From NCBI GenBank assembly GCA_964016885.1, contig OZ024742.1, positions 374,604,001 through 374,668,000 on the forward strand: a DNA stretch of 64,000 nucleotides, read 5' to 3'. Below the pieces are notes generated by a model that ran no database searches, had not been told where the DNA came from, and saw only the letters and a list, made by a program, of their open reading frames with translations. The position numbers and the translations under genes were made by a program. The stretch's first letter is position 1. Each line of letters starts with the position of its first letter. Shown here piece by piece: positions 1 to 13,232 of the stretch. This stretch comes from Eledone cirrhosa. Lineage: Eukaryota.

Positions 1-219
1 CACGGACACTATCTCAAAATTATTTTTGAAAAGCATTTAGAAATGCGCAACCGGTAAAAACTTAAAAACTTAAAACCACAACTGAATACTAACCCATACA
101 ATCACTAATACTCTTTTATTCCTAATTAAACCATTTTTCAACTGTGAACAATTTGTCAGCATTTTCTATTCCATTTACCAATATATAATAACTTGTGTGT
201 TACACCTCTATTCTTTTAA

Positions 220-315
220 CTATATATATATATATATATATATTGTGTGCATATCATTATATATATATGAATATATATGTATATACTTACACATATAAAT
301 ATATGTCTATATATA
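220..315. repeat. (TA)n-rich microsatellite
   Basis: Imperfect TA dinucleotide run visible directly. Confidence 0.85.
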
Positions 316-364
316 TTTTGAATTTCCAAAAGATATGAGAGCCTCTCACACTACTATATCTTAG

Positions 365-968
365 CTATCCTCACAACATCCCCACCTATCCTCACAACAT
401 CCCCACCTATCCTCACAACATCCCCACCTATCCTCACAACATCCCCACCTATCCTCACAACATCCCCACCTATCCTCACAACATCCCCACCTATCCTCAC
501 AACATCCCCACCTATCCTCACAACATCCCCACCTATCCCCACAACATCCCCACCTATCCTCACAACATCCCCACCTATCCCTACAACATCCCCACCTATC
601 CTCACAACATCCCCACCTATCCTCACAACATCCCCACCTATCCTCACAACATCCCCACCTATCCTCACAACATCCCCACCTATCCTCACAACATCCCCAC
701 CTATCCCTACAACATCCCCACCTATCCTCACAACATCCCCACCTATCCTCACAACATCCCCACCTATCCTCACAACATCCCCACCTATCCTCACAACATC
801 CCCACCTATTCTCACAACAACCCCACCTATCCTCACAACATCCCCACCTATCCCCACAACATCCCCACCTATCCTCACAACATCCCCACCTATCCTCACA
901 ACATCCCCACCTATCCCTACAACATCCCCACCTATCCTCACAACATCCCCACCTATCATCATCACAAC
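365..968. repeat. 21-bp minisatellite (CTATCCTCACAACATCCCCAC)n, about 28 copies
   Basis: Near-perfect tandem unit. It explains the 7-aa periodic ORFs 354..965 and 361..996. Confidence 0.97.
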
Positions 969-1142
969 ATTCCTTCTTATCTATCAACCACCCCATTCAC
1001 ACCACCTTGACACCACCCTAAAAAATCTTGACACACATGACTACCCCTCACCCCGGTTCCATTGGCCATACATGTATAAAATCATACTTATCCCCCCCCC
1101 CCCCCCCCCTCAGCGAGAGCTCTATAATTGAGCCAATAACTG

Positions 1143-1592
1143 ATAACCTCTGTAGTGCTGGTGCCACAAAAATGTCCTTTGTACACTCTATAAGGTGGTT
1201 TGGGATAGGAAGGGCACTTTGCTGTACAAACTATGCTGTAAAGGGTTGAGAGGATCTTTTAGTTGTGTTAACAGCATAATAAACCCTCTAGTGTTGGTGA
1301 ATTACATGATAAACACACCCAGTACACAAAGTGGTTGGTGTTAGGATGGGGGGCATCTAGCTGTAGAAAGCTTGTCAAAGGGTTGGGAGGATCTGTCAGT
1401 TGTGACAAAGATATGACAACCTCCCTAGTGTCATGGATAAAATTTACTCTATAGACCACAGGATCGCATGTGAACGAGATGCAGCCCTCCCACCTAACTG
1501 AGGGGCTCAGTAGCCCCATTTGAGTACTGACCTAGTCTGAACATCTGTCCAAACCTTGTTAGCAAGAAAAACAGTCAATAAATGATGATGAT
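1143..1592 (+). mobile_element. Degenerate SINE-like element with RTE-type 3' end and internal ~135-bp tandem duplication
   Basis: Repeated block CTAGTG[C/T]TGGTG...CACCCAGTACAC...GTGGTTGGTGTTAGGA...GCTGTAGAAA, ending in AAATGATGATGAT like the RTE 3' UTRs in this window. Confidence 0.6.
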
Positions 1593-1596
1593 AAAA

Positions 1597-2668
1597 CTGG
1601 CATATTCACTACAGCTGTTTCCTTGCGTATAATTAGGTTTTAGTTTTTTCTTTCCCTTAGGAAACTAAGGAAACTAATGTATGTAATTCCTCAGGTGAAA
1701 CACCATATTTGAAAAGACAGATCTCAAGTTAAAAAGTGAATAAAAAAGGGAAAAGTCAATAAAAAAGGGAAAAGTCAATTCTATTTAATTTATCAGAGAA
1801 TGCACAATATGTGAGTTCACATATGCACAAATATCGATATATATAAAATGTAAGCATATATACATCTATTGATATACAAATAACACATACATATTCACAT
1901 GCAGATACAGACCTTTAATAGTGTGTTGAATGTGGGTCATGAGAATATTGAATATGTAAATGTGAGAGGCAGAGCTTGGATGAACTGAGGGAGAAACAGG
2001 GTTTAAATGGTGTGCAAGAGAGAAGACTATTGGTACTGACATGTGATACACATGGATGATGATCACTGGGTGAAGAAGTGCCAGGAAATCCCAGTAGAAG
2101 GAAGCTGCAGTAGAGGAAGACCTGGGAAGAGGTGGTGAGAGCTGATCTCAAATTACTGAGACACACAGAGGAGATGATGAAGAAATGTGGCAAATGGAGA
2201 GATGCTGTGCTGAAAAAACCTGTCTAACCCATGCAAGTGTGGAAAAATGGACATAAAAACGATAATGAGGAAGTTATTGGAGTGAGATGCTGCTAGATCA
2301 CATTGTAGGTGTTGGGTTATAAAGTATGAGAAATCACTACAGTTAATACTTAATATTTTTTGTAGTGATCATTATTTTGGACACCACGTCACATGCCTGG
2401 TCAAATGGCCATGATCTGAGTTGACATGAAGAATCTGGTGCTATAAGTTTTGGGAGTTTGCCACTCGTGCATGATTTTACACTTTTGGCACAGGAATAAC
2501 TGATTTTGACATATCTCCTATTGAAGATTTTCCTAAATTTATGGCAGATAGAGAAGGATTTATTTAGTAGATCTGTGTTTTCACCTGAAGAATTACATAC
2601 ATTAGTTTCTTAAGCAAAAAACTAAAAGTTATTTGTATGTTAGAAAACAGCTATAGTGAATATGCCAG
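1597..2668. mobile_element. Non-autonomous DNA transposon-like element with ~100-bp imperfect terminal inverted repeats
   Basis: 1597-1701 (CTGGCATATTCACTACAGCTGTTTTC...AAACTAATGTATGTAATTCCTCAGGTGAAAC) is the imperfect reverse complement of 2577-2668. No transposase ORF. An RTE fragment lies inside. Confidence 0.7.
1935..2268 (+). mobile_element. Old RTE LINE 3' fragment
   Basis: Degenerate match to the RTE C-terminus (WY.HV..MDDDHWVKKC..I.VEG...RG.TWEEV) followed by the CCCATGCAAG...GGACATAAAACGAT tail. Confidence 0.7.
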
Positions 2669-2989
2669 GTATATGGTATTTAAATAAAATTCACACACAT
2701 ACACATGCACACATGCTCCCACACATGCATACGCACAAGAGAATCAGGCACATGAAACGTTCTGGATTGCGACTCAGTGTACAAGGAAATTCCTAGAGGA
2801 TGTTGTGGAAAAATTGATAGCAGTGTGATAGACATACTTCATGAAAAGCATGGAGATAGGAAAAGCAGCTAGACAATCCAGTATAGTTGCCACGATGCAA
2901 ACAAACATACAGTATGGTGGATTATCATCATCATCACCATCATTTTATGTCCGCTTGCATTATGAACTAGTTAAATGCATAATTAATTA

Positions 2990-4080
2990 AGTAGTACATG
3001 ATGGTGTTATACCTAATGACTGGTGCAGTATCATTGTAAACGGCTACAAGAGCAAAGAGGACATATTAGAGAGTGGTAACTACAGAGGTATCAAGTTGAT
3101 GGACCAGATCATGAAAATTTCTGAGGGTTCTAGCACAGCTAACTAGGGACAGAATCAAGTTAGATGAGATGCAGTTTGGCTTTATGCCAAGTAGGGGTAC
3201 TACTGATCTTTCTTCCTTGTGAGACAACTGCAGAAGTATTTAGCTAAGTGTAAACCTCCTTACCTGGCTTTTGTTGATATGGAGAAGGTATTTGGCAGGC
3301 TTCCTGTTCTAATCAGGTGGGTGCTAAAGAAGCTAGGTATAGATGACTGGCTCATGAGGGCCAAGCAAGTCATGTATAGAGGTGTACCTAGCAAGGTGAA
3401 AGTTATCAATGAGTACAGTGATAAATTTGAAATGCTGGTGGGGCACCACCAGCGCTCAGTCTTCTGTCCACTTCTGTTTATTATTGCTCTCCAGGCCATA
3501 ACAGAGGAATTTAAAAACTAGCACTCCATGGGAACTTCTGTATGCTGATAATCTAGCCTTTATAGCTGAGTCCATGGAAGAGTTAGAGGTGAAATTCCAA
3601 ACATGGAAGAAAAACCTAGAATCACAAGACCTAAGAATAAGCTCAGCGAAGACTAAAGTATTGATAAGTAGGAGAGAAAACAGGAACCTTATACACAGAA
3701 GTAAGCACTAAGAGCACACGTGAAGTAGATTCCTTCAGTTGTCAGGTAGGGGGGTAGGGGTGACCTAATCAGCAATGGAGGAGGGTGTTCTGGAAGTGTG
3801 GTAGTCAGAGTAAGAATAGGCTGGAAGGAGTTTAGGGAGCCAGTACTTCTTCTGACAACAAAGACCTCTTTCAGAATGTAGGGTAGACTATAATTTTCTG
3901 TATGTGAACCACAATGTTACATGGCAGTGAGACATGGACCTTAAATGCAGGAAATGAAGCAAGCATGCTTTGGTAGATGGGATATGTGGAAGAGGAAGAT
4001 ATGGGATAAAATAGTGAAGGCTGACTTTAGGAAGCTGAATCTCATGACAGAGATGACAAAGGACTGCAAGGATTAGCAAT
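2990..4080 (+). mobile_element. Old degenerate RTE LINE reverse transcriptase fragment
   Basis: ORF 3219..3521 (YLAFVDMEK..., HQRSVFCPLLFII) aligns with the younger RTE copies. Upstream NYRGIKL motif and downstream LYADN; many frameshifts. Confidence 0.85.
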
Positions 4081-4154
4081 GTGGTGCAGCATAAGACTCA
4101 CCTACCAACATAAATATGTGAGCTTACCCTCTCCCCATCGCTGTTTACCAGCAT

Positions 4155-4210
4155 GGTGCTATTAAGTTAGACATGGCCTCGCCCAATACTGGCTGAAACC
4201 TATCAAAGTT
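4155..4210 (+). mobile_element. 56-bp 3'-terminal fragment of CR1-group LINE family 2 with 27-bp flanking duplication
   Basis: Matches 25866-25921. Flanked by CCTCTCCCCATCGCTGT[T/C]TACCAGCAT at 4128-4154 and 4213-4239. Confidence 0.85.
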
Positions 4211-4594
4211 ATCCTCTCCCCATCGCTGTCTACCAGCATAAATATGTGAGCTTACCCTCTCCCTATCACCACTTCATAGAAATTACTTTCACCATCACTG
4301 TATATCCTCTACTCTACCCAGAACCACCTCCACTTTTCATTACCTTGTCAAATTCCACTGCACCCATTTTACACATATGACATACTTTCTCACCCCTTCT
4401 CTCTCCTCACATCACCCCTTGAACCCTACATACCTTTCATACACTCATGGAACTTGTCACTCTCCTTCTCCCTCATATAGTCACCTATGATATACTTATC
4501 ATCCTTCTTACATCCTCCAGCCTATCCCTACCTTATACCACCCCCCATAGGGTAGAGAGGGCCCTTCAGTTGAGTCTATGACTGACAACTTCCC

Positions 4595-4995
4595 TATTGC
4601 CAAGTTCAAATGCACCCAGCTCATTCTGTAAAGATGTTGATGTTAGGAAGGGCTCCCAGCCATGGAAGCCATACCAAAAGTTGGTCAAGAGGACTCTTCA
4701 GTTGTAGCTAGGGCACAAAAACCTCTCTAGTGTTGGTAACCTACATGATAAATGCATCCAGTACACTCTGAAAAGTGGTTGGTGACTAGAAAGGCATTCA
4801 GTCATAGAAGACCTGATAATAAAGTGTTGAGAGGACTCTTTAGCTGTGTAAAAGACATGATAAACTCCCTAGTGCTGGTGCCACAATAAAATGCACCCAG
4901 TGCAATCTGTAGAGTGTAAGAATGCATGCAAGATGCTGGCTCTTCTGTTGGTTTGTGTGAACCCTTGCTAGCAGGGAAAAGGGACATTAAATAAT
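4595..4995 (+). mobile_element. Degenerate RTE-tail SINE-like element with internal tandem blocks
   Basis: Same repeated CACCCAG...GTTAGGAAGGGC..CCAGC block as 1143-1592, ending CCCTTGCTAGCAGGGAAAA-GGACATTAAAT. Confidence 0.55.
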
Positions 4996-5475
4996 GCTGG
5001 TCTGAGACTTAAATTGCTCTCTATCTTGCCATCCCATTCATTCTCCACATTCAACAATCTCTCCATATACCTCTTCCACCATTCTTTAATTCCACACAAG
5101 TCTACAACAATTTATCCATCTTCATCTTTCAATCACATCACTCTCTCTGGCTGTCTTACAATCTTAAATACCTCTCTCACCTTACTCCCTATCCATACAT
5201 TGTCTAAACATTTTTCTATGTATCTCCTGTGTCCTTGCCACTTCTTTACACCCTCTTGACTGCCATGTATCCTGATAAGTAGCCCCTTCTGTTACTATAC
5301 CACTTACTCTCTGAATCTTTCCCTCTTCTCATCAATCATATTTCCAACTTCATCATCCCACCAACATGTTTCCAAGAGTCTTGGTGGTCCTTTTTATCAT
5401 CCACACACACCACTAACAGTTCTTAACAAACCATCTTTCAAAGGTTTTCAAGTTCTCTCAAGTTTATTTATGTCA

Positions 5476-8151
5476 CCTTCTAACAGTTTCTATCTCGGAG
5501 CCTCCCTTACTATTACTGTATCTTCTAACAGTTTCTACCTCAGACCCTCTCTTACTATTAATATATCTTCTAACACAGTTTCTATCTCAGACCCTCCCTT
5601 ACTATTACTGTATCTTCTAACACAGTTTCTATCTCAGACCCTCCCTTACTATTAATATATCTTCTAACACAGTTTCTATCTCAGAGCCTCCCTTACTATT
5701 ACTGTATCTTCTAACACAGTTTCTATCTCAGACCCTCTCTTACTATTAATATATCTTCTAACACAGTTTCTATCTCAGAGCCTCCCTTACTATTACTGTA
5801 TCTTCTAACACAGTTTCTATCTCAGACCCTCCCTTACTATTAATATATCTTCTAACAGTTTCTATCTCAGACCCTGCCTTACTATTAATATATCTTCTAA
5901 CACAGTTTCTATCTCAGACCCTCCCTTGCTATTAATATATCTTCTAACACAGTTTCTATCTCAGACCCTCCATTACTATTAATATATCTTCTAACACAGT
6001 TTCTATCTCAGACCCTCCCTTACTATTACTGTATCTCCTCACAGAGTTTCTATCTCAGACCCTCCCTTACTATTACTGTATCTTCTAACAGTTTCTATCT
6101 CAGACCCTCCCTTACTATTAATATATCTTCTAACAGTTTCTATCTCAGACCCTGCCTTACTATTAATATATCTTCTAACACAGTTTCTATCTCAGACCCT
6201 CTCTTACTATTAATATATCTTCTAACACAGTTTCTATCTCAGACCCTCCCTTGCTATTAATATATCTTCTAACACAGTTTCTATCTCAGACCCTCCATTA
6301 CTATTAATATATCTTCTAACACAGTTTCTATCTCAGACCCTCCCTTACTATTACTGTATCTCCTCACACAGTTTCTATCTCAGACCCTCCCTGACTATTA
6401 CTGTATCTTCTAACAGTTTCTATCTCAGACCCTCCCTTACTATTAATATATCTTCTAACACAGTTCCTATCTCAGACCCTCCCTTACTATTACTGTATCT
6501 TCTAACACAGTTTCTATCTCAGACCCTCCCTTACTATTAATATATCTTCTAACACAGTTTCTATCTCAGACCCCCCCCCCCTTACTATTACTGTATCTTC
6601 TAACACAGTTTCTATCTCAGACCCTCCCTTACTATTACTGTATCTTCTAACACAGTTTCTATCTCAGACCCTCCCTTACTATTAATATATCTTCTAACAC
6701 AGTTTCTATCTCAGACCCTCCCTTACTATTAATATATCTTCTAACACAGTTTCTATCTCAGACCCTCCCTTACTATTACTGTATCTTCTAACACAGTTTC
6801 TATCTCAGACCCTCCCTTACTATTAATATATCTTCTAACACAGTTTCTATCTCAGACCCTCCCTTACTATTAATATATCTTCTAACACAGTTTCTATCTC
6901 AGACCCTCCCTTACTATTAATATATCTTCTAACACAGTTTCTATCTCAGACCCCCCCCCCTTACTATTACTGTATCTTCTAACACAGTTTCTATCTCAGA
7001 CCCTCCCTTACTATTACTGTATCTTCTAACAGAGTTTCTATCTCAGACCCTCGCTTACTATTAATATATCTTCTAACACAGTTTCTATCTCAGACCCTCC
7101 CTTACTATTACTGTATCTTCTAACACAGTTTCTATCTCAGACCCTCCCTTACTATTAATATATCTTCTAACACAGTTCCTATCTCAGAGCCTCCCTTACT
7201 ATTACTGTATCTTCTAACACAGTTTCTATCTCAGACCCTCCCTTACTATTACTGTATCTTCTAACAGTTTCTATCTCAGACCCTCGCTTACTATTAATAT
7301 ATCTTCTAACACAGTTTCTATCTCAGACCCTCCCTTACTATTACTGTATCTTCTAACACAGTTTCTATCTCAGAGCCTCCATTACTATTAATATATCTTC
7401 TAACACAGTTTCTATCTCAGACCCTCCCTTACTATTAATATATCTTCTAACAGTTTCTATCTCAGACCCTCCCTTACTATTAATATATCTTCTAACACAG
7501 TTTCTATCTCAGACCCTCCCTTACTATTACTGTATCTTCTAACACAGTTTCTATCTCAGACCCTCCCTTACTATTAATATATCTTCTAACACAGTTTCTA
7601 TCTCAGACCCTCCCTTACTATTACTGTATCTTCTAACACAGTTTCTATCTCAGACCCTCCCTTACTATTAATATATCTTCTAACACAGTTTCTATCTCAG
7701 ACCCTCCCTTACTATTACTGTATCTTCTAACACAGTTTCTATCTCAGACCCTCCCTTACTATTACTGTATCTTCTAACACAGTTTCTATCTCAGACCCTC
7801 CCTTACTATTAATATATCTTCTAACACAGTTTCTATCTCAGGCCCTCCCTTACTATTAATATATCTTCTAACACAGTTTCTATCTCAGAGCCTCCCTTAC
7901 TATTACTGTATCTTCTAACGCAGTTTATATCTCAGAGCCTCCATTACTATTAATATATCTTCTAACACAGTTTCTATCTCAGAGCCCCCCCCCCCCTTAC
8001 TATTACTGTATCTTATAACACAGTTTCTATCTCAGACCCTCCCTTACTATTAATATATCTTCTAACACAGTTTCTATCTCAGACCCTCCCTTACTATTAA
8101 TATATCTTCTAACACAGTTTCTATCTCAGACCCTCCCTTACTATTAATATA
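5476..8151. repeat. 47-bp satellite array, left arm
   Basis: Unit TCTTCTAACACAGTTTCTATCTCAGACCCTCCCTTACTATT[AATATA/ACTGTA]. Period checked (6421 to 6468). Two major variants, plus poly-C and 2-bp-deletion variants. Confidence 0.98.
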
Positions 8152-8313
8152 TAATAATAATAATGAATAATGAAATTATTGTGTAAAGTGCTCAGGTGCA
8201 CTCCAACTCGCCAAAGGTGTATGTATAGTACTTAGAATAATACACAAATGTCAGGGAAGCGAATAGTGTATGAGTCATGGTATACATGTGGGTATGTGTA
8301 TGGAGAGGGAACA

Positions 8314-9405
8314 TTAGCTGTAGTGTTGGCGGATCTCGGGAAGCATGGAGGCCTTAAAGGATGCAGTGTCTCGACAGCTAACAACTGATGCAGGTAGTTT
8401 GTTCCATGCTTCAGCAACTCTGAGCGTGAAAAAATGTTTCCGAAAGTCATGGGAACTGTGCTGTTTTCTGACTTTGTGGGCATGTCCACGTGTGTTAGAC
8501 ACATGTAAATCAAAAAGGTACTCAGGGTTGTTGTTGGCAACATGGTTAACAATTTTGTAGGTGTTTACCAAGTCAGTTGCCAGGCGTCGGAGCTTCAATG
8601 TATCCATGCCCAGGGAAGCAAGGCGCTCAGAGTATGGTAGATGCCTGATGGAGGGTATTCGCTTGGTTGCACGTCTCTGAACAGTTTCCAGGCGGTCAAT
8701 GTTCTGAGCAAGATAGGGGTTCCAGACTGGTGATGAAAATTGTAAGTGTGGTCGCACCATAGCCATGTACAGCCTTAAATAGATATCTGGAGAGCGGCTG
8801 ACAAAGGTCTTGCTGAGTGATGCTAAGACACCCTCGGCCCTCTTGACAATTTTAGAGACGTGCCTCGTCCAACGCAAATTGCTGCTGACCGTAATGCCCA
8901 GTTCACGTTCACAAGAAGACTTCTTGATATTAGTGCTGTGGAGGGAGTATGTGGACGCTGGGTTTTTACTCCCAAAATGCATGGTGGTGCACTTGTCCAC
9001 AGCTAGCTTGAGTTGCCAGTCTGAGATCCATTGTTGCATTGTGTCCAGGTCAGACTGCAAGCAAGATCTATAGTGTTCAGGATCTGTCCTTTTTATCTCA
9101 AGGTACAGCTTGATGTCGTCTGCGTACTTTAGTACTGTGGCATTCTTTAAGTTGGCATCTATGTCATTAATATATGCCACAAATAAAAGGGGGCCAAGAA
9201 CAGATCCCTGTGGTACACCAGATGACATCTCATATGGTGAGGAATGCTGTCCCAGAACCGTGACTACCTCTCTTCGACTGAGAATGAAGGACTTCAACCA
9301 GTTAAAAAGATCATCCTTCACACCCATTGCAGAGAGTTTTGCCATAAGCCTTTTGTGTGGCACAGAATTGAAGGCTTTCGCAAAGTCAAGGTAAACAATA
9401 TCCAC
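8314..9405 (-). pseudogene. CR1 ORF2 reverse transcriptase domain (fragment)
   Basis: RT motifs as above. Upstream parts lie in other frames. Confidence 0.92.
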
Positions 9406-11363
9406 CCATCAGCCGTCATCAGTGATCCGGGTGATGTCCTCAAGAAACTCTATAAGTTGATCACAGCAGCTGGAGTTGGGGATAAATCCAAATTGCAAGG
9501 GCCGGATAAGACTGTGAGAGCTCCAGAAGTTCCAAAGTGTTTCTCTGACACAGTATTCCATCAGTTTGGCGATGCAACTAGTAAGACTGACTGGACGATA
9601 GTTGACAGGTGATTTGCGGTCACCCTTTTTGAACAGAGGAATGACACTGGCAGTTTTCCACTGTTCTGGAGTAGCACTGTTGTTCAGACAGAATTGGAAG
9701 AAGTGTGATAACTGGTGCAGAAGGAAGTACCCACCACGTTTAAGAAGCAGGTATGTAACACCATCAAGACCAGGAGAGGCGTGGTTGCGTTTTTTTTTAG
9801 GTGACGTCGCAGCATTGTAGGTGTAAATTCCATGGTTGTAATAGAATCCGGTGTCATAGGTGGTGGAGACGGTACATTCTGGTCTTCAATAGTGAAAATG
9901 CCTGCATAGCATTCAGCAATGAGTTCTGCGCATTCCTTGGGGTCATCAGTAATCTGGCTTGTGTGGGGATTGTGAAGAGGACCAACTGGAGAGTGAGGCC
10001 TCTGCTTTGAGTGAACATACTTCCAGAACACCTTACTGTCAGGGCTGGTTGCTATGCGCTGCTCAAATTGAAGCACTGCCTTTTTTGTCACCTGTTTGAG
10101 GTGGTTGGACGATCTATTTCGCCTCTTCCTATTAATGTCTGATTTGTGAAGTTTGTACTCACGTTCAGCATTGCACCGTTCTTTTCTGGCAAGACGGACT
10201 GCTGCAGTCTCCCAAATTGCGCTTTTGGGATGTTTTTTCCGCTTACGTGACACCGATGCTGCATATGCTGTCCATATTGAGCTCAGGATGTTCTGGAGTA
10301 CAGTGTTGACATCTCCAGAGTTGTAGAACTCAAGCCAGTTTGGCCGTTGCAACTCGGTGCAGTAACAGTTCCAGTCTGCTTTATTGCAGTCAAAGTGAGC
10401 AGTTTGGAGATGGTTGTGGTTCTTGTTACTGCTCATGAGGGATAGATTGGCAATGATCATAGCATGATCAGAGTCCCCTAAAGGTTCCTCAGCAGTAACA
10501 CTAATGACCGTTTCAGGAGTAGTGGTGAAGTGTAGGTGACCACCTGGGACCAACTCGAGTCCAGCACTAGCTCAAGGAAGTCATTTGCACTTGGCGGCCA
10601 ACGAAAGGTTTCCCAGTCAATCTCAGGGTGATTGAAGTCTCCTGCAATGAAAACATAAGTGGCTGTCTTCCTGGCAGCAGCTCTGAGGATATCACAAAGT
10701 TGAGTGTCCTGATGGTAATTTGGGGGACGGTAAACGACTCCAAGTAGCAGTGTTGACATGGTCATACGTATATCGCAGAAAAAAACTTCCTGCTGTGATT
10801 GGTTCAAATCAACACAAGGAATTGCCGACAGATTTGACCGAACGTAGACCATTACACCACCACCACGACGATTAATGCGGTCTTTACGAAACAGGTTGTA
10901 GCCAGTCATGCTGAAAACCCCATCACAGAGTAAGGGATGTGCCCAAGTTTCCGTGACTGTAATGAAGTCAGGGTTGATACTTTTGACGTAGGAGTCAAAA
11001 AGATGAATCTTATTGCATAGACTATGTGAATTCAAGGACAACAATTTGTACCTTGATTCCAGTCTATGATTATGTGCAGGGGATGGCAGGTTGTTCTGAT
11101 TTAGTTTCCCAGAGTTTTTTCAGTTTCTTTATTGTCAGTTGTTGTGGGTACAGTGTTTTCAGACCAGCTGGTGTCTCTTTTCCATATATCGCCAACCTTA
11201 ACAAACTTCCATATCTGCCCATCATCTCGTAGGCTGAAGCTTTCATGTTCTGCCGAGCTGCGGTTTAAGGAAGTTGCAGCACGCAACTTTGAGCGGACAT
11301 CAGGTGGAAGACCAGGGCGTGTTCGGAAAGCAATCCGACTTTCACGCCTAGCTTTATCAGAGG

Positions 11364-11924
11364 CTACAAGGTATGAACAGTTGAGTTTGAAAACGACAGT
11401 CTAATTAAACTGGGTTTCGGGCCTGGTCGGCCAAGGCATAGAGCACCCTTTGCGGGAGCACAGCCCAGGTCTTTGGATGAACTGGTAGCAAATGCCTGAA
11501 GATCAACTATGTCTTCTGGTACACCAATGGCAATCACTTCGTGGTTTGCAGATTCAGTGGCATTCTCAATGCGTCTAGGTTCAACATGAGGTACGCGGAG
11601 ATTTTTTAACAAGGCACTCCGGTAAGATCCCTCATTGTGGGGTTCTACACGAACGCTTGATTTTATTTCCACTATTTCTTGGCTGAAAGCGGAAATCATT
11701 TGCCGTATTTCCTCAAACTCCGTATTGATGGTCGGTTTTTGTTGTTGTTCTTCTCCTTCAACAGGCATGGTAGAAGACACAGTCGTTGGTTGTTGTTGTT
11801 GAAAAGTAACGGGTGAGGAAGACATGGGTTGCTGTTGTTGATGAAGTCCTTCAACGGGGGTAGTAGCAGAAGCTACGGTAGTTGGTTTTTGCTGTTGTTC
11901 AGGAACAATGGTAGAGGAAGACAC
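11364..11924 (-). pseudogene. CR1 ORF1 remnant with Q/P/T/S-rich tandem peptide repeats
   Basis: Lies upstream of ORF2 on the same strand. Repeats of the type SSTIVPEQQQKPTTV, followed by a VIAIGVPE...RP.P.P.LI.L segment reminiscent of LINE ORF1 RRM regions. Confidence 0.65.
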
Positions 11925-11966
11925 GATCCTCGGTTTTTGTTGTTGTTCGGGAACAATGGTAGAAGA

Positions 11967-13232
11967 CAGTTTCTATCTCAGAGCCTCCCTTACTATTAAT
12001 ATATCTTCTAACACAGTTTCTATCTCAGACCCTCCCTTACTATTAATATATCTTCTAACACAGTTTCTATCTCAGACCCTCTCTTACTATTAATATATCT
12101 TCTAACACAGTTTCTATCTCAGACTCTCCCTTACTATTAATATATCTTCTAACACAGTTTCTATCTCAGACTCTCCCTTACTATTAATATATCTTCTAAC
12201 ACAGTTTCTATCTCAGACCCTCCCTTACTATTACTGTATCTTCTAACACAGTTTCTATCTCAGACCCTCTCTTACTATTAATATATCTTCTAACACAGTT
12301 TCTATCTCAGACCCTCCCTTACTATTATTGTATCTTCTAACACATTTTCTATCTCAGACCCTCCCTTACTATTAATATATCTTCTAACACAGTTTCTATC
12401 TCAGACTCTCCCTTACTATTACTGTATCTTCTAACACAGTTTCTATCTCAGACTCTCCCTTACTATTAATATATCTTCTAACACGGTTTCTATCTCAGAC
12501 CCCCCCCCCCCCCTCCTCTTACTATTACTGTATCTTGTAACACAGTTTCTATCTCAGACCCTCGCTTACTATTAATATATCTTCTAACACAGTTTCTATC
12601 TCCGACCCTCCCTTACTATTACTGTATCTTCTAACACAGTTTCTATCTCAGACCCTCCCTTACTATTAATATATCTTCTAACACAGTTTCTATCTCAGAC
12701 CCTCCCTTACTATTACTGTATCTTCTAACACAGTTTCTATCTCAGACCCTCCCTTACTATTACTGTATCTTCTAACACAGTTTCTATCTCAGACCCTCTC
12801 TTACTATTAATATATCTTCTAACACAGTTTCTATCTCAGACCCTCGCTTACTATTAATATATCTTCTAACACAGTTTCTATCTCCGACCCTCCCTTACTA
12901 TTACTGTATCTTCTAACACAGTTTCTATCTCAGACCCTCCCTTACTATTAATATATCTTCTAACACAGTTTCTATCTCAGACCCTCCCTTACTATTACTG
13001 TATCTTCAAACACAGTTTCTATCTCAGACCCGCCCTTACTATTACTGTATCTTCTAACACAGTTTCTATCTCAGACCCTCCCTTACTATTAATATATCTT
13101 CTAACACAGTTTCTATCTCAGACCCCCCCCCCACTATTAGTGTATCTTCTAACACAGTTTCTATCTCAGACCCTCCCTTACTATTAATATATCTTCTAAC
13201 ACAGTTTCTATCTCAGACCCTCCTTTACTATT
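11967..13232. repeat. 47-bp satellite array, right arm
   Basis: Same unit as 5476-8151, resuming immediately after the LINE. Confidence 0.98.

Larger units (their letters stand above)
8152..11966 (-). mobile_element. CR1-group LINE (family 1): 5'-truncated ORF1, then ORF2 (AP endonuclease and RT), frameshifted, inserted in the satellite
   Basis: APE motifs in 10478..11044 (ITVTETW, RKDR..RRGGGV, VYRPP, IAGDFN) and GDSDH in 9684..10553. RT in 8314..9405 (YLDFAKAF, GVPQGSVLGPLLF, YADD) with a CR1-type C-terminus (TRGH..K..RKHFF..RV..AWN.LP). (ATT)n tail at 8152-8172. Confidence 0.95.

Noticed and set aside
354-996. ORFs encoding (IGGDVVR)n and (EDRWGCC)n proteins
   Set aside because: They are translations of a stop-free 21-bp minisatellite with no unique domain or synonymous-variation pattern.
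5476-13232. CRISPR-like regular array next to a reverse transcriptase
   Set aside because: Units are head-to-tail with no unique spacers, there are no cas genes, and the RT is a CR1 LINE.
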